This document shows, piece after piece, positions 1-5,266 of a stretch of 5,266 nucleotides of DNA. The DNA is from Zygophlyctis sp. KS116 (lineage: Eukaryota > Fungi > Chytridiomycota). Made by a program: the position numbers and the translations under genes. Every line of letters begins with the position of its first letter. Position 1 is the stretch's first letter. A model generated the notes under the pieces. It searched no databases. It saw only the letters and a program-made list of their open reading frames with translations, and was not told the origin of the DNA. Location: contig BAAFSQ010000487.1 of the NCBI GenBank assembly GCA_054661495.1, positions 1 through 5,266 on the forward strand, written 5' to 3'.

Positions 1-142
1 TCAAAAGGAGTTTTGACAACGGGATAGCCTATATAAGGTGCTATACTAAGCTGGCGGCTTTAGGTGGCTAGCGGCTGGACGCCTCTGCGCGATAAATCTG
101 ATAAGAAACCAATAAGACTATATAAGATTTGAGTTCATAACA
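1..142 (+). mobile_element. Probable 3' part of another LTR
   Basis: Ends ATAACA at 142. Contains GTGCTAT (38-44) and TGGCGGCTTTAG (52-63), echoing LTR GTGCTAT (262-268) and TGGTGGCTTTAG (272-283). CTATATAAG occurs twice (29-37, 118-126). The start lies outside the window. Confidence 0.45.
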
Positions 143-146
143 TCCT
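143..146 (+). repeat. Target site duplication, left copy (TCCT)
   Basis: TCCT lies directly before TGTTAC at 147; the same 4-mer lies directly after GTAACA at 4970. Confidence 0.85.
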
Positions 147-426
147 TGTTACATTTCACTTCACTTCATTTCATTCCTCATACTCACAATACTAATTCAA
201 TGTCTTATCATAAAATAATATATCAAGCAGGAATGGCTTTTCACGGCTTGTTTTTATTCACGTGCTATTGATGGTGGCTTTAGATCTGGAATGTTTAGGA
301 GTTTCTTTTGTCTAGTTAACAAAGTTCATTTGTCTCGTGTTCTTTGTCTTGTTTTCCTGAGTTAATTTATCAAGGAAACTATTCTATAAATTGCTATTCT
401 ATCTCTTGTTTTTCTGCCCCGTAACA
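147..426 (+). repeat. 5' LTR (280 bp)
   Basis: Starts TGTTAC and ends GTAACA (6-bp terminal inverted repeat). By eye it matches 4696-4970 except for one extra 5-bp TTCAC unit near the start and C414 vs T4958. Confidence 0.97.
385..390 (+). promoter_or_regulatory. TATA-like box in the LTR
   Basis: TATAAA lies 36 bp before the LTR end. Function is unproven in AT-rich sequence. Confidence 0.25.
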
Positions 427-443
427 GTTTAACAAGACCAAAA
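427..443 (+). other. Primer-binding position, non-tRNA type (candidate self-priming site)
   Basis: GTTTAACAAGACCAAAA follows the 5' LTR with no TGG. It is partly complementary to LTR 306-320, 346-353 and 404-410. Confidence 0.4.
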
Positions 444-467
444 TATTTCTAGTGCTTTGATTTTGAA

Positions 468-1430
468 ATGGAAGAATTGCCTCGCTCTACAACTCCGGTG
501 GCCTCTCAAGCCATCGACCCTGGTTTGTTGCAACAAGTCTTGGTGGCCTTGACCAATTTGCAAATGCATTCTAATCAACGCTCTGAATTCATCCCAAGGG
601 ATCCCAAAGTTCCAGATGTACAAACCTTCAATGGAAGTAAAAATTTATACTCAGTGTTCCTGGCTAGATTGCAGAACTTTTTCTCTCTACAACCTACCAC
701 CTATAACTCAGATTCTAAGAAAATTGGTTATGTCATTTCTAGATTGGAAGGTTCAGCAGCGGATTGGGCTGTTACCCTGATTGAAAATCCTCAGCAGGGA
801 AACAATCAAAATATTCTTAACAATTGGAATGTGTTCTTGGAAGCTTTTGCTAAATTTAGTGATCCGTTTGCACGAAGGAATGCTACGGACTCATTATTGT
901 CTTTGGTTCAGGGTAGGGGTTAGGCGATCTGTTTTGCCTTATTGGTCTCGATTTTCTGAATTCTTATATAAGTCTGATATCTCTCCTGACTCTGCACGCC
1001 CCTTATTTGAAAGAGGATTGAAGTATGAAATCCGGGATAGATTGGTTGATAAGAACTTACCTGATGATTTGGAAGCTTATGTCTCAGCTGTGGTCGATCT
1101 GGACATATATTGTATCGTCTTAAGCAGGATAGGAAAAATGCAAATGTGCCCTCAGCTGCTCATAATCTCACAGGTCAGTTCAAGAAGTTGGATTTTTCAG
1201 CAAAAAATGTTCCCACTCCAATGGAAATTGGAAATATTGAGTCTCAGGAGGAAGTCATGGTAAATGAAGTGGTGCTATCAAATTCTCGAGAGAGATTGGA
1301 TGAAATCCGTCAGATGGAACCGCCTCAACGCCGCCAGGTATGTGTGCAGGAAAGCAGATGTCATTATTGTAAGCGGGTAGTTGGAACACCACCAGCTCAT
1401 GTGGCTGCAACTTGCCCATTAAAGAATAAA
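468..1430 (+). pseudogene. gag: Gag (capsid plus zinc knuckle), frameshifted
   Basis: ATG at 468. PKVPDVQTFNG...KKIGYVISRLEGSAADWA and LLSLVQG/RRSVLPYWSRF...LFERGLKYEIRDRL are sushi/Tf1-like capsid motifs. A +7 insertion at about 914-924 and a -1 shift at about 1105-1109 split it over ORFs 468-923, 781-1263 and 1110-1727. CCHC knuckle at 1359-1415. Confidence 0.9.
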
Positions 1431-1569
1431 AGAGATGGTTCTTATTGTGGTTTTCAAGTTGAGGTAAGTCCTGTGGAGGTGAATGAATGTCGAAACGCTG
1501 TGGTCACAATCAACGTAGTATCTGAGATGCAAGACACTGGTAGCAAGCGAAGTTTGCTCGTGAAACGGG

Positions 1570-1890
1570 GAAAAATTACTGTTGGGATAGTTAACTCAAT
1601 GGTAGAAGTAATGTTAGATTCTGGCGCCATGGGAATGGGTTACATCGATCAGGAGTATGCTCGAAATCAAGGATTGGAATTTTCTGAAGTTGAACAGGTT
1701 ATTCGGGTGAAATCCATTGATGGGTAAGACTGTGGATCTGGAAAAATCCAATTTTGCGTAAAAGGAACACTATGTTTCGACGATTTCAACGGGAAGGTTG
1801 AACTCTTGGTAATAGATTCACCACGTCATCCTATAATTCTGGGATATCAATGGTTCAAGACTCATAATCCTACTATAGATTGGAAAAGTG
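1570..1890 (+). pseudogene. Retropepsin aspartic protease with in-frame stop
   Basis: VMLDSGA (Asp codon 1617-1619) and IILGYQWFKTHNPTIDW lie in the same frame across a TAA at 1725-1727. Boundaries approximate. Confidence 0.9.
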
Positions 1891-1964
1891 AGGAGATCAT
1901 TTTTAATAATGTACAGCAGGAAAAGCAACCCGGGATTCCTGCATGGACGACAGAAGGAATCCCG

Positions 1965-2870
1965 AAAAGGCAAGTTACCAAAGTTGCCACCTCATCGAAA
2001 TGGAATAGACTTAGCAATTGAGCTTGAAGAAGGAAAGTCCCCGCCTTTTGGACCTATATATTCGCTTAGTGTGGATGAGGAAAAGGTGCTTAAGAAGTAT
2101 TTAGAAGGAGCTCTTGCTGCAGGCATTATTAGAGAACTAAGCGCCAGTGATGTTCGTCAAGAATTCGGATGGGTCCCTTAGGCTGTGTGTTGATTACAGG
2201 CAATTAAATAGTATTACTAAAACCAATCGGGCAGCTCTTCCTATTATTCGTGATATACTCTTTCGTGCTCATGGGGCTAAGTATTATTCTAAGATCGATT
2301 TAAAGAATGCTTTCAATTTGATCAGGATAATGAATGGACAGGAATATCTTACAGCGTTCAGAACCAAATATGGCCATTTCGAATATCTAGTGATGCCGTT
2401 TGGGCTAAAAAATGGTCCTGGTCATTTTCAGGCCTATATGAACTAAGTATTTGGGGATTTGATTGATCGAGGACTTCTGGTCTATATTGATGATTTGCTT
2501 CTATACTCATCCTCTATGGTAGGGGTTAAAATAGATTACGTGCAAATAATTTGAAAGCCAATCCTAAGAAATGTACCTTTTATCAATCCAAGGTCAGCTT
2601 TTTGGGTCACATAATATCTGTTGCAGGAGTGGAAATGGATTCTTTGAAGTTGGAGTCGATCAAGAAGTGGAAAAGCCCAGAGAATCAAAAGGAGTTACAG
2701 TCCTTTTTGGGACTTTGTAATTACTATCGAGATTTCATCCCGAGATTTGCGCAAATTGCTGGTCCACTGTACAAATTAACCAGAAAAGGAGTCTCGTATC
2801 TGTGGTGTACCGAAAGTCAACGAGCCTTTGATTCACTGAAAGCAGCTTTCGCATCCGAATGTATTCTGGC
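1965..2870 (+). pseudogene. pol: Reverse transcriptase, multiply disrupted
   Basis: [69 protein letters not shown] at 2483-2494 (missing from the ORF track because of the TAA at 2444-2446), KCTF...FLGH and LQSFLGLCNYYR. Frameshifting deletions near 1964, 2137 and 2519. Confidence 0.95.
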
Positions 2871-3258
2871 TCAGCCGGACTCTTCTAAACAATTCTATTT
2901 AGAGTGTGACGCATCAGATTATGCATTAGGAGTGGTTCTCAGTCAATTGGACTCAGGGAATCGTTTACGCCCCATTGGATTTTATTCTCGAAAGTTTACT
3001 ACGGCTGAAGTTAATTATGAGATCTATGACAAGGAGCTTCTGGCGATCATAGAGGGATTTAAGAACTTTAGACATTATTGTATTGGAACAGAGCAACCTG
3101 TAATAGTATACACGGACCACAAGAATCTAAAATACTTTATGACTTCCAGGTATTTGAATCGTCGCCAGGCGAGGTGGAGCTTATTTTTGGCAGATTACAA
3201 TTTTAAATTAGTAGTTCGACCTGGGACTCAGCAAGTTGTTTCAGATGCATTGTCTCGA
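2871..3258 (+). pseudogene. RNase H domain (open frame within the defective pol)
   Basis: FYLECDASDYALG (Asp 2908), NYEIYDKELLAI, VYTDHKNL, RRQARW and DALSR (3244-3258). Confidence 0.95.
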
Positions 3259-3540
3259 CAAGAATCCCTGCAGATTCAGCCGGAGGATGAACAGTTCAAG
3301 GTTAACGAGCAAGTGTTATTACCCCAAGATAAGTTCTCAGACGATCATGACTCTATGAGCAAAGAAAGGTCAGTAGATTTGGAGGTCGCACCGGTTCATT
3401 TGATCACGCCCATGATAAATTCTGATTCAGAGGAGGAAGGCTTCAGCTCGGAGAGATACGATGACACTACTGAGTCGGACTGTACCTCTGATTATGGAGA
3501 TCTGAGTCAATTCATGAAATTTGAAGGTCAAACAATCTCT

Positions 3541-4582
3541 ACAGACCCTTGGTGGTTTCAGTTTATGCTTACGTACCTCTGGAATGGTGATTTTCCTTTA
3601 GTTATTGCTCCTGTCATTCTCAAGAAGGTTCTGAAACATTGTAAAAGATTTAGTTTCCGGGACGATCGTTTGTATTTTAAGGCAGTTCAAAATAACAGGA
3701 TCTATATGGTACCTTACATAACATACGCAGAAAGGTCAGACTTATTGGAAAGATATCACTTAACGCTGGGACATATGGCTCCTGCAACTATGTTACCGCT
3801 ATTGAAAGTTCGCTATTATTGGCCCTCAATGTCAGAAGATACTAAAAAACTAGTGGAAAATTGCTCTATTTGCCAGATGAACAACTCAACTCCAATTACC
3901 CATCGCCCTTTACAACCTCATGAACCTGTAGGAATGCCCTTTTTGAAGTGGGGGATCGATTTTATACAAGATCTTCCTCCTACAAAGGAAGGTTATCGCA
4001 ATGTATTTTCAGCCCGGTGTTATGCAACCAAATTGTTAGTTCTGGTTCCCACTAAAGAAAGATCGGCCAAGGTGGTCGCTAATTGTATATATACGCAAAT
4101 AGTCTGCAGATTTGGAGTACCCTTGGAGCTTGTCTCAGACCGGGCCTCTGCTTTTTTGGACCAGGTTCTACAAGAATACTTAAAAATTCTTCAAATTCAT
4201 CACTTGCCTACGTCACTTTATACCCCTCGTAGCAATGGTAATGTAGAAAGAGTACATCAAGAGGTTAACAAGATTCTCACCAAGCTATGTTTAGGAGACC
4301 AAACGAAATGGATTGATCATCTATCCCAAACTGAATTTATTCTCAACTCTCGTATTCATGAAGCAACTGGATATTCTCCTGCCTCCTGGTCATTATGATT
4401 TAAATGAAGCGGGTGATATTGCATCTTTAACTTAACCCTTCAGGTATTCATATTTTGATGGGGAGCATTATTATGATGGTAAATCAATTCAGGAAGTCAT
4501 GGATGGAAATACAACTACTGCTATTATAGGAAATCTTTATTCTGCTACTACTAGTACTACTGCTACCACTACTACTATTTAA
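3541..4582 (+). pseudogene. Integrase (HHCC plus DD35E) with broken C-terminus
   Basis: His 3757 and 3772, Cys 3862 and 3871. Asp 3958 (WGIDF), Asp 4138 (VSDR) and Glu 4246 with exactly 35 residues between the last two. The frame shifts after GYSP (4380); a remnant continues in another frame 4382-4582 with an internal TAA at 4433. Confidence 0.92.
4544..4579 (+). repeat. Imperfect (ACT)n tract encoding a Thr-rich tail
   Basis: gct act act agt act act gct acc act act act att, followed by TAA. Confidence 0.7.
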
Positions 4583-4680
4583 CTCAGTTGTAATTCAGTA
4601 ATTCAGGGGCGATTTCCTCCAAGTTTTAATCAATTTTCTCTTGGGGGTTTTTATCGCGTAACTGGACTGAACAAGTACCT

Positions 4681-4695
4681 AAAAAGGGGAGATAA
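4681..4695 (+). other. Polypurine tract (plus-strand primer)
   Basis: AAAAAGGGGAGATAA abuts the 3' LTR start at 4696. Confidence 0.9.
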
Positions 4696-4970
4696 TGTTA
4701 CATTTCACTTCATTTCATTCCTCATACTCACAATACTAATTCAATGTCTTATCATAAAATAATATATCAAGCAGGAATGGCTTTTCACGGCTTGTTTTTA
4801 TTCACGTGCTATTGATGGTGGCTTTAGATCTGGAATGTTTAGGAGTTTCTTTTGTCTAGTTAACAAAGTTCATTTGTCTCGTGTTCTTTGTCTTGTTTTC
4901 CTGAGTTAATTTATCAAGGAAACTATTCTATAAATTGCTATTCTATCTCTTGTTTTTTTGCCCCGTAACA
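4696..4970 (+). repeat. 3' LTR (275 bp)
   Basis: Direct repeat of 147-426 with TGTTAC...GTAACA ends, immediately preceded by a purine tract. Confidence 0.97.
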
Positions 4971-4974
4971 TCCT
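4971..4974 (+). repeat. Target site duplication, right copy (TCCT)
   Basis: Matches 143-146. Confidence 0.85.
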
Positions 4975-4982
4975 TAAAAAAT

Positions 4983-5189
4983 TGTTACGCTTTGCTGCAC
5001 ATGATGTGCTTGACCTTAAGCCTTTTACTGATGGCGGTTAAGGAATAGTCTTTTGTCTGTTTAACAAAGTAGTTTCCTTTTCTATTGTTAAACTTATTTG
5101 AGAACATCTGAATTCGCTCTTAAATCTCTTGTTTTCTGTCTCTGCTCTCTACTATCTTGGTATATAAAGAACCTGAACTTTCCGGTCAT
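4983..5189 (+). mobile_element. Diverged related LTR, probably interrupted by the LTR at 5190
   Basis: Starts TGTTAC. Collinear blocks shared with the main LTR: TGATGG(C/T)GG at about 5029, TCTTTTGTCT..TTAACAAAGT at 5049-5070 (vs 304-325) and ATCTCTTGTTTT at about 5124 (vs 401). No matching GTAACA end is seen. Confidence 0.6.
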
Positions 5190-5266
5190 TGTTACACTCC
5201 ACTCCACATACTACACAATATCTGAAAATGGACCTCAGCGGCTTCTCACGGCTGATTTGCTTTTGT
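5190..5266 (+). mobile_element. 5' part of a diverged related LTR (runs off the window)
   Basis: Starts TGTTACA. CATACTACACAATA (5207-5220) resembles LTR CATACTCACAATA (179-191), and GGCTTCTCACGGCT (5240-5253) matches GGCTTTTCACGGCT (235-248) at 13/14, in the same order. Confidence 0.75.

Larger units (their letters stand above)
147..4970 (+). mobile_element. Full-length, defective Ty3/gypsy LTR retrotransposon
   Basis: Direct terminal repeats 147-426 and 4696-4970 with TG...CA ends, flanking TCCT duplication, PPT before the 3' LTR, and domain order Gag-PR-RT-RH-IN (gypsy order). Confidence 0.97.

Noticed and set aside
1-16. Hairpin TCAAAA-GGAG-TTTTGA
   Set aside because: Six-bp AT-rich stem at the window edge, expected by chance.
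154-177. TTCA(C/T) pentamer repeats at the LTR start
   Set aside because: Simple slippage tract; it only explains the 5-bp length difference between the LTRs.
429-623. 64-aa minus-strand ORF
   Set aside because: Short antisense shadow of gag with no recognisable motif.
912-924. Programmed frameshift within gag
   Set aside because: It is mid-capsid, has no slippery heptamer, and removing 7 nt restores the conserved QGRRSV motif.
1725-1727. TAA as a programmed gag-pol readthrough codon
   Set aside because: It lies inside the protease domain, after DSGA, so a nonsense mutation is more likely.
2521-4439. A nested piggyBac bounded by AGGGGTTAA and TTAACCCT
   Set aside because: The motifs face outward rather than inward, and the enclosed DNA is continuous retroelement pol with no transposase.
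468-4582. RIP as the cause of decay
   Set aside because: The LTRs are nearly identical, CpA-containing codons remain common and most lesions are indels.
4580-4606. Three copies of TAA(C/T)TCAG in the 3' UTR
   Set aside because: Short local duplication with no evidence of function; not a CRISPR-like array.
4399-4695. env-like or extra ORF after integrase
   Set aside because: There is no room and no transmembrane-encoding ORF; the region is an integrase remnant plus a short UTR.
4972-4982. CCTTAAAAAAT as a decayed PPT for the LTR at 4983 (compare CCTAAAAAGGGGAGATAA)
   Set aside because: It lacks the G run and is too short and A-rich to distinguish from chance.

Overview
The window holds one complete but defective Ty3/gypsy (Metaviridae) LTR retrotransposon on the + strand (147-4970). 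It has two almost identical LTRs (147-426, 4696-4970; TGTTAC...GTAACA ends), a 4-bp TSD (TCCT), a PPT and no tRNA-type PBS. The gag-PR-RT-RNaseH-IN frame (468 to about 4582) is broken by at least nine lesions. The host is eukaryotic, possibly an early-diverging fungus (weak inference). Both flanks also look like diverged LTRs in the same orientation: one ends 4 bp before the element and two begin at 4983 and 5190, which suggests a head-to-tail LTR stack. Other oddities are a telomere-like TAGGGGTTA at two independent lesion junctions, a chromovirus-type Gag/RT/RNaseH joined by an acidic linker to a non-chromovirus-type integrase, an expanded CX2CX9HX4C knuckle and a possible self-priming site.
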